Positions 1-14,442 of a stretch of 64,000 bases of DNA are shown here, one piece after another. The stretch is from Chrysomallon squamiferum (taxonomy: Eukaryota > Animalia > Mollusca). The stretch is from contig CM022674.1 of NCBI GenBank assembly GCA_012295275.1, forward strand, positions 9,238,001-9,302,000, written 5' to 3'. How positions within the stretch are numbered: the first letter of the stretch is position 1; each line of letters starts with the position of its first letter. The notes beneath the pieces were generated by a model. It searched no databases, was not told the DNA's origin, and saw nothing but the letters and a program-made list of their open reading frames with translations. The position numbers were made by a program, and so were the translations under genes.

Positions 1-3000
1 TGTCGTTCCTGTTCTTCCTGTTCTTGGATTTCAGCAAGAGACATTGATGATTTAGGCTTTATTTTGCTGTCATTTTCAGCCCACTTAGCAGATGGGGGAA
101 GCTAAAAATAACATGTGAACCGTTTAAACAACATTCATAGGGTAAAAATAACAGTTTTGAATGTTCAAAAAAAGCTTGGCATACTGATCAATGACTTGAT
201 TTTTATTTCTCTGATGCCAAAAATAATTTCAGTATTTTTTATATGTTCACCTGCATGTTTGCAAGTTGTTCCCTCTGTTGTTGTTGTAACTTGTACAGTG
301 CTTCTTGCTGCTGTCGCTGTTGTTCCTGCTGACGCTGTAATTCTTGTTGATGTTGATGCTGATGCTGTAGTTCCTGCTGACGCTGCATTTCCTGCTGTAA
401 ATTTTTAAACATATACCTTTTTGTACAATATAATGCATAATTAATTATAATTTTTTGTTATCAAATCTACAAACAGGTAAAATCAACCTTTCCATCTATA
501 ACAAATTAAGGAAATTCACTGAATTATTACTAATGTTTGCTTTTACCTGCATCTGTTGTCTCTGTATCTCCACCTGTCTCCGCTTCTCTTCCTCTGCTGC
601 CTGTTTTTGCAGTTCCTGCTGCCGTAAGAGTTCTTGCTGCCTTTGAGCTTCCTATTCAAGATCATTTTTTTTATTAACAACATTTGACTGAAGATTTATC
701 CTAAAACTAAGTCTGTTCTTTTCAAGTCAAAGTAGTAAATTAATTTCTTAAATAATTTAAAACAATGTAATCTTGCTATGTATTTCCCCCAAAAACCTGT
801 TAAACTAAGCTGCCAACCTGCTGTCGAAGTACTTCTTCTCTTCTTTCTCTTTCTTTGGCTTCTTCCATCTGTTGTTTTGCCTCCTGAATACGTTGTTCTG
901 CTTCATTCCTTTTCCTTTTCTCCAGTTCTAATCTTTGTTTTTCTTCCTGTTCTTGTCTCTGCCTTTCTTCCTCTTTTCTTCTGTTTTCCATCTCTGCCTT
1001 GAGAATCCTCTCTGCAGCCTCCTTCTCCTGCTTTTCCCTCTCCTGCTGCTCCAGTCTTATTCTTAATTCCTCTTTCTTTCTGGCCTCTTCCAGCCTCTGA
1101 TTTAAAAATCATTTTTAATATTAAATATTTCATTTTCTTAGTGTAAGAACACAAGGCTCAAGAATTACAAGGCATGTGGAATACGTATTTAATGCAATAA
1201 AATTGGAAATTATTAATTATTTTAAAGAGTTTCTTCAAGCATCTAAGTTTAGAAAGATTAATCAAACTTATTTATCTCAAATAATCAAGCAGACTATTTA
1301 GAATTAAAAAACAATACATTATTATTTTTTAAAGTGAAAATTTTACCTTGAACTCTGTTTGTTTTTGTCTTTCCAGTTCCTCCTTTTCTCTCATCACCTG
1401 TTCCCGCTGTCTCCTCAACTCCTCTTGTTGTCGGTGGATTTCTTCTTGAGCTCGCTGAAACTCTTCCAGTTTTCTCCTCTGTTCTTCCTCCACTTGCAGC
1501 TGTATTATATTTATTAACAAAATAACTTAAATCTATTCATATCCAGTCTTAAAAACAAAGACAATGATGGGAGGCTATGAAGGAATGGCAGTTATAAAAT
1601 CAGTGTTTTACTGAAAAATAATCTAATTATCTATCTATAAACAATATAAATTAAGCAACACCCAATTCATAGAGCTAAAGGAAAAAATGTATTTTTGTTG
1701 ATGATTTATTGACAGATGACATCTTGCTGAATAGCATCTCTTTTGTGGGATATTCAATGTAACAGTTTTGAAATCAAGTTTGTAATGATCAGATATCATA
1801 CTCTCTTCTGTCAATCTGCAATGAATATTCAGTACCATGACCATCATGAGATATGGAGGAATGTCCCTTAGACAAATTCGATGTCAACTTTGGCACAATA
1901 TTTCCATTATTCAAGTCTGTTGAATAAACACTGGGCTAAAAAATGATGCTGAAGATCATCCAAGACTTGGCAGACCCCGTAAAACAACAGAGAGGATAGA
2001 ACATTGTTGAGACCTGTTTGGTGCTCTTCCTTGGGAATCGAGCACATCTTTAAAACAACAGTGGTTACAAAGGAGAGCCATCTGCTGCAAGACCTTTAGG
2101 AATTGGATAAAACCAGGGCCAGAAGACAATCAAGAGTATGAAACTATATCCAGATCATAAAGCAGCACAACCTGCCTGGTGTAATCAAAATGTTTGCTGG
2201 AAAACTGCATTATTGGAGAATTCACTTTTCTGCTGAGTCATTTCTCACTGCATTTGGTGGGTGGCTGTAAATGTGGAGATTAAGGAACAGAGTCATGGTT
2301 CCAGCAACATCCAGGATGTGTGTCCCTTTTGGGGGTGGGTCAGTCATTGTATGGGATGCATTTCCTTAGGTTCCAAGATGGACCTCATAACCTGGTAACC
2401 GTAATTGGTCTCGGTATGAACAGGAAATCTTTCAAAATCTGTAACATTCAAATCCGCAATATCACATCATGGTATTATGGCTATGTTTCTTCTCATACCT
2501 TTCTGATCACTGAAAATTTCACACTGTATGGCACTTTTTGATACATTTCATGTATAAGTTCATTAAGTTGCTCACTCTAAGCAAATTCAGTTGTTGTTTA
2601 ATATCCATATGTATATACAGAATTCTATATCAGGCACATTTATATACCTTATACATACACACATACAGACACACATACACAAAATTAATTATTTATAACT
2701 GCTTACATTTTTCTGGGATTCCATTTGCGAAAGAAGATTATTTGATGAATCATTTGGCTTGGGCTGCTCAAGTTCCCATACACTGGTAGGCTGAGCCCAC
2801 GAACCTAGAATCACATTTAAGAATTAACAAATTGTCTTCAGTAAACCTTTTGTCAGTATTTCTAATGAAAATATCAAAACAATAAAATAATAAGGAGACA
2901 AAACAGAAAATAAAACAAATTTTAAAAATAATAACACAGGAAGAAATTCAAAAATTAATAAAAAGCAAAAGAAGTGATATAATAAATGCTTACAAGGTAT

Positions 3001-6000
3001 ATTCTGTTTATCCTGGACCTCAACTGCTGCCATTGACTGTGTTGTTGACTGTTGGAATGTTGGAGTTGGGACACCATTAGATTCTGCAGCAACTTGTCTA
3101 GAAAAACATTGTCTCATCTTTTTAAATGTAATACTTTTCTAATTCAAATAACTTTTTTGTTCTGGTGTACATGCCATCATACATTTATGATATTTAAGGG
3201 ATAGAAATATAAATGCATTTGAAAATATTTTTCATTAACGAATGCCTTTAACATTTAACAGGATACATTTCAAACATTATCTAAATGTATCCTCCAATAT
3301 AAAGTTACAGGCCTCAGTGAATTTGTAATTATAAGAAGATAATTAACTTAAGCAAGAAATACTCGTAACAAACTCACTGTGGTGACAGTCTTTCTGCCTG
3401 CTGTTGCTGCTGCTGCTGCATTTGTTGCAGCTGCTGAAAAAGAAGAGGCTGTGTCTGCATCAACATCTGTGTAGCAAGCTGCTGCTGCTGGGCAGGAGGG
3501 AGAGATTTAAATGATTCCTGTTCTTGCATCTCAGACATCATGTGCATTGTCATTTGTCTATAGGTAATTGTCAAAGTTAAAAACATATCAGAAACAGGTG
3601 AACAAGAAAAGTTTACAAAAAAATTTGTTTTGAGAAAATGAATAGATGATAATGGAATCAATTAATTTATTTTATTTTTACAATTAAATAACAATGTTCA
3701 GAAAATTATTTGCTATGGTAATTTATTATCAATTTAAAACAAAGTCAGAAATAAAACACTTTGGTCACTGTAGGATCATTCTAATTTGTAATAGGAAAAA
3801 ACACATTAATTCTTTGTTTGCTAATGCCTAGTCTTCTTTTTTCAGTATTTTTAATTTTCAAAACTGTAGAGCCATGGGACCCCCCCCCCCAACACACAAA
3901 AAAAAAAAAACCAAGGAAAAACCCTGCTACAATCAAATTCTCAGTGTCACTATGTCTGGCTACAGTATCACCCAAACAGTTTTCTTCCCAAATAACTGCC
4001 AGTGAATTACAAAGATGAAATGTTAGCAGCTGAAAAAGTTACATTAAAGGATTACCTCATAACTAACTGTTGTTGTAAAAGCTGCTGCATAATCAACTGT
4101 TGCTGCATCATTTCCAACTGATTTGTCAAGGGTGGGCCAGAATGAACGGCAGTGGGTTGGGCTGGAAGAGGCTGAGGAGATGGAGCTTTCACAGCAGATT
4201 CATTTCCAGCAGATGACATAGTATTGTTCTATTAATAACAAACATACACATATACAACAGACATCTCAAGAGATGGAGAAAGAGATCAATAATTCAAAAA
4301 GATGAAAAACACCCACAAAAACCAGACAATAGAAAGTGCAAAACTACAGAAACACACATACACACAGGGATTAATTTGATCCTGTCTTAATTTCTCAGCT
4401 TTATTCTTTGAAGGTAAGAAGGACCTGACTCATTAAGGCTATGCCAACCCACTCATACATACATATTTAAAAAAAAAAAAAAAAAAAAAAAACACTTTGA
4501 AAGTGCTCATTACATACCAAAAGAGGTGGTGGTGAAGGTCCACCTAAGAATGGAACTCGTCCCCATCTCTTTATAAGCTCACCTGCCAATACACAATATG
4601 TTAGTTGATTAATGTTTTACTAGGATTCAAATGGCTACATAATAATTTTATATTTTGTAATATTATAATTTCAGGCAGTGTAATGAATGATAAAAAATAT
4701 ATTAAAATTATTTACCTGAAAATATCTGGATAAGGAACGGACTGGGCAAAAGTTGTTGTCATAGAGTTAAAATAAATAATAAAACACCTGAAGAGATATA
4801 TATGTAAATATATTTTGTTTATACAATACCTAATTGTTGAAATCTCTCATCACAGCCACGTCTCACTAAAAGATTCATTGTGAAATAGCCTGCACTAAAC
4901 CACTGAGCCATTTCTTCAGGTGTGAATGGTCCTGGAATAAAAACAAATTTAGAGGCAATAAAACATATCTCAACCTTTATATCCACTGCTTTTTTTAAAG
5001 CCATTCTAAGCCATACATTATTTAAAAGTAATTTTGCATTTGAACACATATTTACACGAGCACTATGAAATTCCAAATCTATTACATGTAAAAATTATAA
5101 CCAGAATCAAAGACAGCCGATGAATAAAGATGAAAAGACAAACTTAAAAACAGAAATGAAATGAAATTAACTATTTAATTGAACAAAATTTATATATATA
5201 TATATATATCAGGAAAGTAATGTTTATTAGTATAAGTTTGGAATTGTTGCGTTTCTTACCCTGAGTGTCTCCCTGAGGATCTCGGTAAAACCACTTCATT
5301 GCATTTACAGTTGAGGCTGTGGTGTTGTCCTCTTTCTTAGAACCACTCTCTTCCTTGGCCTAAATAAATAAAATATTTAAAAAATTAATCATGTTTTGTT
5401 CAAAACATCAGTAGAAATCTATGACTTTGAAATTACTTTAAAGCTCTATATGTGCATGATTTTAAAGATGTGTATTACACTGATGATGATCTATTAAGTT
5501 TACAAACACTTGAAAAAATAAAAAGAAAAATAAATAAAAAGAAAAAGAAATCAGATTAAAATAATGATCTTTTAATAGACCAAAAAAATTTAATAAAATA
5601 AAATAAAATGTTGCAATGTCTATCTGGTTATTAGAGTATTTATTTTGGGATTCCAAGTGAAGTCATAAATCTTGCAGCCATTTTCATCCTCTAGCTGGAA
5701 CACTAGTACACAAATACAAACTCAGAAGCAAATTTTTCATTCTGCTACACTTTATTAAAAAAAAATAAAAAAAAATCAACAAAAAACCTTCAAAAAACTA
5801 ACATATCATTCATAAAACTAAAACAAATGATAGCTTTGGTTCACAATATATACTGTTCCTGTTGGACTTTAAAAATCAGTGCAAACCTGTTAAATATAAA
5901 GATTATTGTTCATTAGACTTAGAGCAGAGAGATTTCTTTTCTTTTCTTTTTTTTAAATTTTATTTAAGCCAGTACTCTAAAGAGAAATGAATATACAAAA

Positions 6001-9000
6001 TTAACTTATTTTCACATACTTAAATTATGTCATAAATAATTTACAAGTACACTTTTGTTAGCTCAATACTAACTTCATACGTTACATTTGCCACTAGATT
6101 CTCAGCTTCCTTTTCAAGTCTGTCTAGAACTTCCTTTTCCACAGGAGCAGATTTAGATTTAACTGCTTCAATTCCATCAGTATGTTTTGTACTCACTGCT
6201 TTGTCAGGCTTTGAACTCTCTGTAGCAAGCTTTTTACTAGGGACAGCACTTTGTTTTTCTGACTTTACTTTTTGCTTTTCCATTTTCTTGCATTCTGGAG
6301 ATACAGGCTTTTTATCAGCAGCTTCTGAAGATGCATTTTCTTTTAAAGGTTTTGGTTTTTTAGCACTTTCCTTTTAAAAAATAGAAGTAATTATCTAAAA
6401 TTAATATCTAGGAAAATTAATTATAGAACATAAATTACAGTCATTCTAAAACAGCAGTTAGATTATGTAAAAGAGAACAAAAGCTAATAAAAAAACAAAT
6501 ATAATTGATTAGTAGTGCATACCATGTCAAATGATACTCTGCAAAATGACAAATATGTCGTATTTTTTATTTTTTTTAATTAAGGCACTGAAACAGAAGT
6601 TTGGAAACAAGTTTGGATTTTTGGCCAAAAATGGATCAAGAACAATATTCAGATTCTTTCTCAGCAGCCTGTTTATCAAACTGTTTAGCTAAGGACTCTA
6701 AATCTGCAGTGCCAGTGAATTAACAGATATAAAAAATATCACTAACATTTCGTTTGGGTAAAGTAAACAAACACTCACTTTTCTCAGATCTTTTGGAGCA
6801 TTCTGTTTATTGGTTAGGTTATTCTCGTTCATGGATAATTCACATGATTTCAGGCTTGTTTCTTCCTTAGGTGTCAATTTGCTGGTTTTGCTCAATATAT
6901 TATCAGATACTTTCCCTGAATGTAAAACAGGTTTATCTTCTCCAACGTTCTTCTTTTCACCATCCTTTTAACAGATATATTGTTAATTTATTTTCTTTTA
7001 ATCAACAAATAATTAATACAAATAGCACTTGTGGTCTAATTGGAATTGGTTTGGGTCCAGCATATATTCACAATACGAGATTATTTCTAAAAATTGTGTT
7101 ATAATTATTTTAATTAGAAACTATTCAGTTTATGGTTAATTAATCAAATATGTTTAAATACCTTTATATCAGTTGTAACAAATTGTCCACTTGCATCAAA
7201 TGTCCCCAGACCATCCATGTCTTCATCTCCTGTTACACTCCACTCTGGTACATCTGCAAAATCTATACCCTTTAAGCTTTTCAGGATTCAGACAAAATAT
7301 TAAATCACTGTTGTCAAAATAGCAGCTGATTCATTAATCTTAATAAAACGTGTCAGTATTTTTTCAATATTCAAATATAAATAAAACTGATAATTTTCTA
7401 TCAAACAAAAAGAAGAAAAATGATACAAGTGTTAGTACCTTGAACAATGCTAAAAAAAACAACTAAAAATATAAGAAAATACTTAAGATAGAAATCAGAG
7501 CAAACAATGAAAAAATTAAGTTATTTTCTAAGCCAGATGACCAAATGAATGGAATACTGACCATCTGCATCCCAAGATTCATTGCTTCTACTTGTCCTGA
7601 GATTTAATGATTTTTCTTCTGTTTCACGTGTTCTTTCCCTATTCTGACCATTTGTCTTTCTGTCAAGATCAAAACCTGCTCTAATATTAGGGTCGCGCCA
7701 ATTGCCTTTTGCTCCTAAAAGTTAAGAGATGAAATATTTAGAAATTCCTAAACTTTGACAGACTGATAAGTTACATTAAGACTTTCACTGTGTGTATTTT
7801 AAAATAACTATCTGGTGCTTGTAAAATGCTTTAAACAATCATTATTTAACTGGAGCTATGACAATAATTTGTTCCAACAAAGATTCATGGTTTGACCAGT
7901 CTGCAATTTTGTAACAATGCTTTCTAATTTACGTCAGTAAATTATATAATCTGTGAACATCATATTAAAAAATCAACAATGAATGTTTATGGCAACTAAC
8001 AGCAAAAGGGCAATCAGCATGTCAGAAGCAACAAAAACAAGAAAAGATACCTGCTTTACTTATAGATTGTTAGCTTCCTGCATTGATGTGTGTCTTGTAT
8101 TATTCATAAAACATTTTTCTGAACATAAGCTTGCAATAACATACTGAAATTTTAAATATGTTTCTGGTCACAGCAAAATATCACCAGACTGGTATTTTTT
8201 TTTTCCTATTCCATTCTGATCTACAAACAGCCTGAATTAGGCTTTCAAGAAAGTGACAGAATCTGTATTGTGTAATCACCCCATCTGTCTTTCACTCCCA
8301 CACGTCGCCAGTCCCCATCCTCCTCCTCATCCTTACCCCTCCAGTTTTCACTGCTAAGAGATCGTGTATATTCTCTACGAGCAGGCCCAATTACATCTTC
8401 TTGGTTTCTTGACGAGAAACTGCGTTCAAACTTTTTACCACTGAAATTTAAAGTATCTCAATAAAATAAATCTGTTCTGAAAGAGAATGAACTTTATGAT
8501 ATATATATTATTTTCAGAAATTAAGGAATTTTGTGAACTATCAGGCCCACATAACATGGACACTGAGGAAACAGCATTTACAAAATGTCATCTGTTGCAT
8601 CTTTGCAAAATAAGCCATTTTAAGATTACAATCACTGCAGAATACAAAATTGTATTTTTATAATATTATTTTTTTAAACAGTTTTAATAATTACTATTTA
8701 ATGTTAAAATAGAAATCAGAAATAAAAACTGCATCTGAACTTTTTTAACGTTACAATCTACAATCATAGAGAAAAAGATTTTTTTTTTTTTATTGTTACA
8801 AAATAAATTACAGGTTAGCTTACACTTCTTCCCAGCCATCTTTATTTGACCTTGGTGGTGGTCTACCATACCCTCCTGTCTCCCCATTCTCCATTGACAT
8901 TCCCCTTGAAATGTAACCTTCTCCACGTCCTCGACCTGTAGAAGAAAATTTTATGACATCAAACTAGTAAAATGTAATTTATTGGTGAATAGATTTTAAT

Positions 9001-9967
9001 CCATTGTACAACAAATACAAATATGTAAGCTGTTATGTAAAATAATTATATTTCAAATGTATAAATCCTATTGCCATTTAAAAATAATCGATTTAGTAAT
9101 TCAAATTAAAAGTAGGTAAATGTGCTGTATACCTCGTCCTCGTCCCCTGTCAGGAATACCTCCTCTGCCTCGCACTGGTGGACCTCCACGTCCCATTCCT
9201 CGCAGAACTGTAATACTATTCACTGACTGAGACATTAACCTCTGTCAACATAAATCAGATTAGATTTTTTAGATAATTTCACAAGTTGCTTTTAAGTGGA
9301 TCTGGGATTTGTGAGAAGAAAATTTTAATTATATTTAAAATAAAAAAAAAAAAAAAAAAAAAAAATATAAATGAAATAAAATTATTTAAATAAAAAACTA
9401 TTCTTCTTAAAAAAGAAAGAAACAGAACCCTAAAAACAAAACAAAAAAACAAGACTTTCTTGTTGAAAACCCACATCAAAGTCCATTATATTTAAGCTAT
9501 GTAATATTCAATTCAGCTGTAACATCCAAATTTATAATTTTGGGTTCAAATGTATTTCTTGCAAACCTGTTCTTCTTCTGAGAGAGGTATTAAAGCTAGA
9601 GGTTTCTGCGTTTCTTCTGAATAAACTGGAGGACAGGCTACCAAATCTGCCGGTGCTTCATATTTCTCTTGAAATAGTGCTAGCATTTCTTCCCTCCCAT
9701 AGCGATATTCAGCCAGCTTGAATTTGCCCAAGCTTGGAGTTGGTGGAGGTGATGCAACAGTGTTTCCATCAGACAGTGCACGAAGCCTGTAGAAAAGACA
9801 AATAAGCGAAGAACTAATAAAACCTAATTTCTCAAAAATGAATTACAAAAATACTGTTTGCAAATGATTAAATGAATAAAAAATGAATTCTAAAAATCAT
9901 TTAGCAAAGGAATTGTCAACAACAAAAAGTGTTACCATTCAGGTCCAAACTTCAGTGTGTCTGCCAT
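1..9967 (-). CDS. GIGYF: GRB10-interacting GYF protein (GIGYF1/2 family), about 21 coding exons, 3' end beyond window start
   Basis: ATG at 9967 gives MADTLKFGPEW|LRALSDG (GIGYF N-terminus); 4EHP-binding motif YRYGREEMLAL (~9690); GYF domain over exons ~5260-5359 (KWFYRDPQGDTQG), 4829-4932 (PFTPEEMAQWFSAGYF...LVRRGCD) and 4517-4582 (ELIKRWGRVPF); Q-rich and E/R/Q coiled-coil exons at 250-4230; GT-AG introns. Confidence 0.95.
1830..2420 (+). mobile_element. Degenerate Tc1/mariner transposase remnant in a GIGYF intron
   Basis: Frameshifted fragments DHPRLGRPRKTT (~1955-1990), IHFSAES (degenerate FSDES, ~2220) and GGGSVIVW (~2330-2355) match Tc1 transposase motifs. Confidence 0.75.
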
Positions 9968-10539
9968 TTTATCTCTTCAATTTCAAAGTAACTGAAAAAT
10001 AAAATACTTTGAGTGTATATTTGGTCATTGGGATAAATTGTATTATTTATTTATTTTTACATTAAATATTTAAATGCTTTTTAACAATTCAGATAAAAAT
10101 AGATAATCATAATGCATTCTTTTTTACATTTGTTCCAAAATATTTTTTTATTGTAAAATTAATCACATTATCATCATTATCGATTATGAATCAGTCACAA
10201 GGTATAAACTTTTAAAATGGATAACTTAATTATTGAATTAATGTTATCGTATTGTATAATCGTAATATATATATATAAACATTTATAATTATTTGGCAAA
10301 TAATAAATTATACTATCGCTAAATAAACAGCATACGCCAACGAACTGGACTATAATTTTTGGGGAGGGCCATGTTACATTAAGTTTTTACATATTAACTT
10401 TCCTCACTCCAGATGTCAAGTCCCAAAACGCACATAAAGTACTATAAATTAAACATTAATCGCTTCATTAAAGACTGTCAAATTTATCAATAATTTTGGT
10501 GGTGACAAAATCGTAAAATAATTTAGTTTAAAGGATTTA

Positions 10540-10615
10540 CCACTCAATTTAACGAGCTTGCACACGAAAACATAAACCAAGATGGCTGTTTAGCAGTATA
10601 ATGTCACGTGACAAT
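10540..10615 (-). promoter_or_regulatory. Probable GIGYF 5' non-coding exon/promoter with YY1-like site and palindromic E-box
   Basis: Minus-strand donor (plus TTTACC) near 10540; CAAGATGGC at 10578-10586; perfect palindrome TGTCACGTGACA at 10602-10613. Confidence 0.45.
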
Positions 10616-10975
10616 AAAAGTTCATACACTTGACCTCAAACCGAACCGGACATAAAACTAAACCTAGGAATGTCATGCGATAAAAATTAATTGCATCTTT
10701 GTTTGATAAAATATAATATCACGTTTGCTTATATTTGTAAATTACAAAATAACGGATTTAGTTTAATTTTGATAACCAAACTTAAACAATACAAATAAAT
10801 TTATGAGAGCTACGGCAACAATTTTTGTTAAGATATTACCTAATAGTAATAGTAATACCTGTAATATTACATTATGATTATGATTGTGTAATCTTTAATG
10901 ATTTCGGTTTTTAATTAATACAAATTCGGGTAATGCGTTTGTCATATCTGTTATTCTATATACTGGATTTATTGA

Positions 10976-11009
<34 letters not shown>

Positions 11010-12451
11010 GTTTATGGATGTTCTATCATTTACAACAGACATTAACAAGGAAGCTCACATCTGGTATGTGGTACAGCAAACACATACATTCTAGATAATT
11101 TAAAAAAAAAAAATATATATATATATATATAAAAAGTCAAAAAAATAAAAAAATAAAAAAAATTCAAACAAAACATCTACAACAATAAAAAATAAGAATG
11201 ATAAAAACACAAAAACAGAAACAAAAAGAAGTGGAAGAAGTAAAAGTAAAGAAATGAAAAAAAAATATAAATGTAAAAATAAAAATATATAACATAAAAT
11301 AAAATAAAATAAAATAAAATAAAATTAAATAAAAGCTAAGTTAACAAAAATAAAAGAATTAGTATGCAAAAAGAGTAATAACAAACAAACATACAAAGAA
11401 ATAAATAAGATAGATAAATAAAAAGAACTGAAGCAGGGAGTAAAATGAGGTAGAATTCAAATATACAGAAAAGAAAGAAGAACCAATGTCTTACATGATT
11501 TGAAATAACAAGGGAAAATATTTTTGAAATAAAAATAAAATAAATAAAATAAAGTAAAATAAAATAAATAAATAAAGACAAACAAAAAATAATATAAAGA
11601 ACCACAAAGCATACATATAACAAAAAACTAATAATAAATGAAAGATATTTTAATATGAGAAATAATAAGGAACTAATAATAAAGGTATAAAATAAAAATA
11701 AATAAATAAATAAAATAAAATAATTAAAAATGGGATGTGTGTGACGACATGATTTTAGAAACTATGCTGTTATCAACTAAGACAAAATTTAAAGGCTCTT
11801 ATCTGAATTTCATGACATGACATTCATCATTAATCTTCATTACTTTACTAGTGGATGTTGCTGTTTGATGAGTAATACACAGTTTCTTGGATTTAGTAGC
11901 AGGTTTTGTCTCATTTTTATGCAGATGTCAACATGATTATAATCTGTATAAAGCTGCATTCTCACTGTACAATTTGCTGCACATTATTGATGTTAGGTTA
12001 AACCAAAACAACACTAAAAATTATTTCATACCATTAGTTTTAGGAAGTAAAAAAATAAAAAAACATTATATATGTATATAATATCAATCAAACCATTCAT
12101 AGGGCATTGATTAAAATGCTTCTTTCCAAGAAAAAACACTAATAAGAATCAAGGCTGTGACTTGTATACCTTAGACTTGTGCCCTAAGCATTGCGGTTGT
12201 CTAGCAAGACAGTGTGTGAGTAAACTACATCTCACAGTTTAAAATTATCAGGATGTAATCCAGTATTAGACAATCTTTATGTAAAAACTAATATTAAATC
12301 TCAACAATTAGATATGTCAACATGTTCTAATCACTGAACTTGAATGATTACAATTTTTTTTTTTTTTTTTATTATTTAAGAAAGAAATATAAACTTCATT
12401 TAAAATTATACAGCTGTAATAACTAATTACCTACTTGTAAATTGTACAAAA

Positions 12452-12491
<40 letters not shown>

Positions 12492-12938
12492 AGAAGTTGG
12501 TATTGTATGTCACACTTTGACTTTTGCTTTATGAAATGTTAGTTGGTGTAACCTGAAATAGATATAACAAATTTCCTCTGTCAGTACTCATTGCTGTGTG
12601 ATTTAAAACTTTAGCATATATGTTCAAAGATACCTGCTTATGGTTTAGGAAATCCTGGCTTAGTGATATCTGTAAACTAGTCATATATGAAATACAATTT
12701 CTACAGGAATGGACCTATGACTGAATAAGGGTGGGTGCTATAAATTGATTTGTGCATGATGCTTTGCTATGTTCTTAATAAAAAAACCAACAACAATAAA
12801 ATTAAAATAATAATAACAATTAAAACAAATTTCAAAAATAAAAATTAATAAAATTAGTTGTTAGAAGTTGTTTATTAAATTTTAAAGCTTTCACCAAATT
12901 AACCCTCTTAGTTCCATCCTGAAATACTGTGAAAGCGG

Positions 12939-12945
12939 TATAAAA
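12939..12945 (+). promoter_or_regulatory. TATA box upstream of the LPMO-like gene
   Basis: TATAAAA about 50 bp upstream of the ATG at 12994. Confidence 0.45.
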
Positions 12946-12993
12946 TAGGTCCAACATATATCATTCACTTAGAACAAGTTAAATCAAGAAAAG

Positions 12994-13257
12994 ATGCATG
13001 ATTTATGTGTGATTATCTTTTCAGTATATATTTTTTTGCCAGGTGTGTTTGGGAATGGGCGACTAATAGATCCACCCTCCCAGTCTTCTTTGTGGAGGCT
13101 ACAACACATCCATCAACTACAATGACGATGTTTTAAATTGTGGTGGATATTCTGTAAGTATTTGTGTGTGTGTGCATGTGTGCGTGTGTTTGTGTGTCGG
13201 GTTGTTGATATTGTTTTGTTGTTGTTGTATGTATAAGATATATATATGTAATAAGGC

Positions 13258-13303
<46 letters not shown>

Positions 13304-14442
13304 CTATATAGGTTAAATAAAAATTGTAAATAAATACATGCAAGGTAAATAACTGGGTAATATCAGATTCCAGTAATGATTTGCGATTTATATTACTTAA
13401 TTTCTTCAATTCATCTACATTATTAGATCATCAAAATTGTTGTTGTCCATTTACTTCGTAGTCTTCCACAGGTAATTTTGGTAATTTTGTAGCTAAAAAT
13501 CTCAAAAAGAAAATATATGTAATGGCAAAAAGAGCGGTTTAAGTAGTGGCATTTAAATCATAACACTTGATATAGAAATTAATATATGTAACAATCTATG
13601 CCTAGAAGTAATGAAGCCGGGGGAATATATGCTAAAGGAGTCATAACTAAAACCTACAGTGCTGGTGAAAAAATTAACATCACTGTGCAGATAACAGTCA
13701 ATCATGGAGGGTGGTTTGAATTCAGGTTGTGCGCAAACAATAATCCAGCAAAAATCATCACACAATCCTGTTTAGACGAACATGTTCTTCAGCTGGCCGG
13801 CGGCATTACTAGATACCATCTGAGTGGTGATGAATCCAACATGGTTATCACAGCAACTTTACCACCTATCCTGACATGTACCCAGTGTGTCCTCCAGTGG
13901 AAGTGGAATACTGGTATATTAAAAGAAAACTTAATATATATATTTTATTCTTTTTAAATTCAAGAATAGAGAATTGTCGAGGAGTCCATCTCTGGGTAGG
14001 AGTTGCTGTTTTGGACCATTGGTGCCAAACAAACTGTGCCAAGGGACTCTGTCCCCCCATGTACTGCTATTGTTCTGGTTCAGTTTCACATCAAAGTCTC
14101 CCTTACCTATTAACATTTTCCACAAAGAAGTTCAGCCATTTCACAAGTACTCGATCTGGAACAATGATATCAGGAAGTTCCTTGTTTGGAAGAACAGCAT
14201 CAGGAAGTAGCTCATCTCCAAATTTGGTGTTTACAAATACTCCATCCAGCAGTACAGTGACAGGAAATTCAAAGTCTAGGATTACAACAGCTTTAAATAC
14301 TACGCCGAGTTTATCTCACAGATGTCATGCCATCAACAACCTGGAAGGACAACCTGTATATTATACATTTTGTAACAGTGTTTGCAGTTCCAGCAGTTAC
14401 AATATTTGTCCTCCTTTGTTATGTGAATGTAGTTCACCTTAA
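12994..14442 (+). pseudogene. AA15-type lytic polysaccharide monooxygenase (chitin-binding type-4 fold) with two C-terminal Cys-rich modules; disrupted
   Basis: Signal peptide MHDLCVIIFSVYIFLPGVFG then NGRLIDPPSQSSLWR; frameshift at ~13099 before YNTSINYNDDVLNCGGYS|gtaag; PRSNEAGGIYAKG...NHGGWFEFRLC...LTCTQCVLQWKWNT (13601-13913); CRGVHLWVGVAVLDHWCQTNCAKGLCPPMYCYC, S/T linker, second Cys module ending at stop 14442. Confidence 0.8.

Noticed and set aside
115-1154. Plus-strand and off-frame ORFs overlapping the first kilobase
   Set aside because: Antisense or off-frame reads of GIGYF Q/E/R-rich exons.
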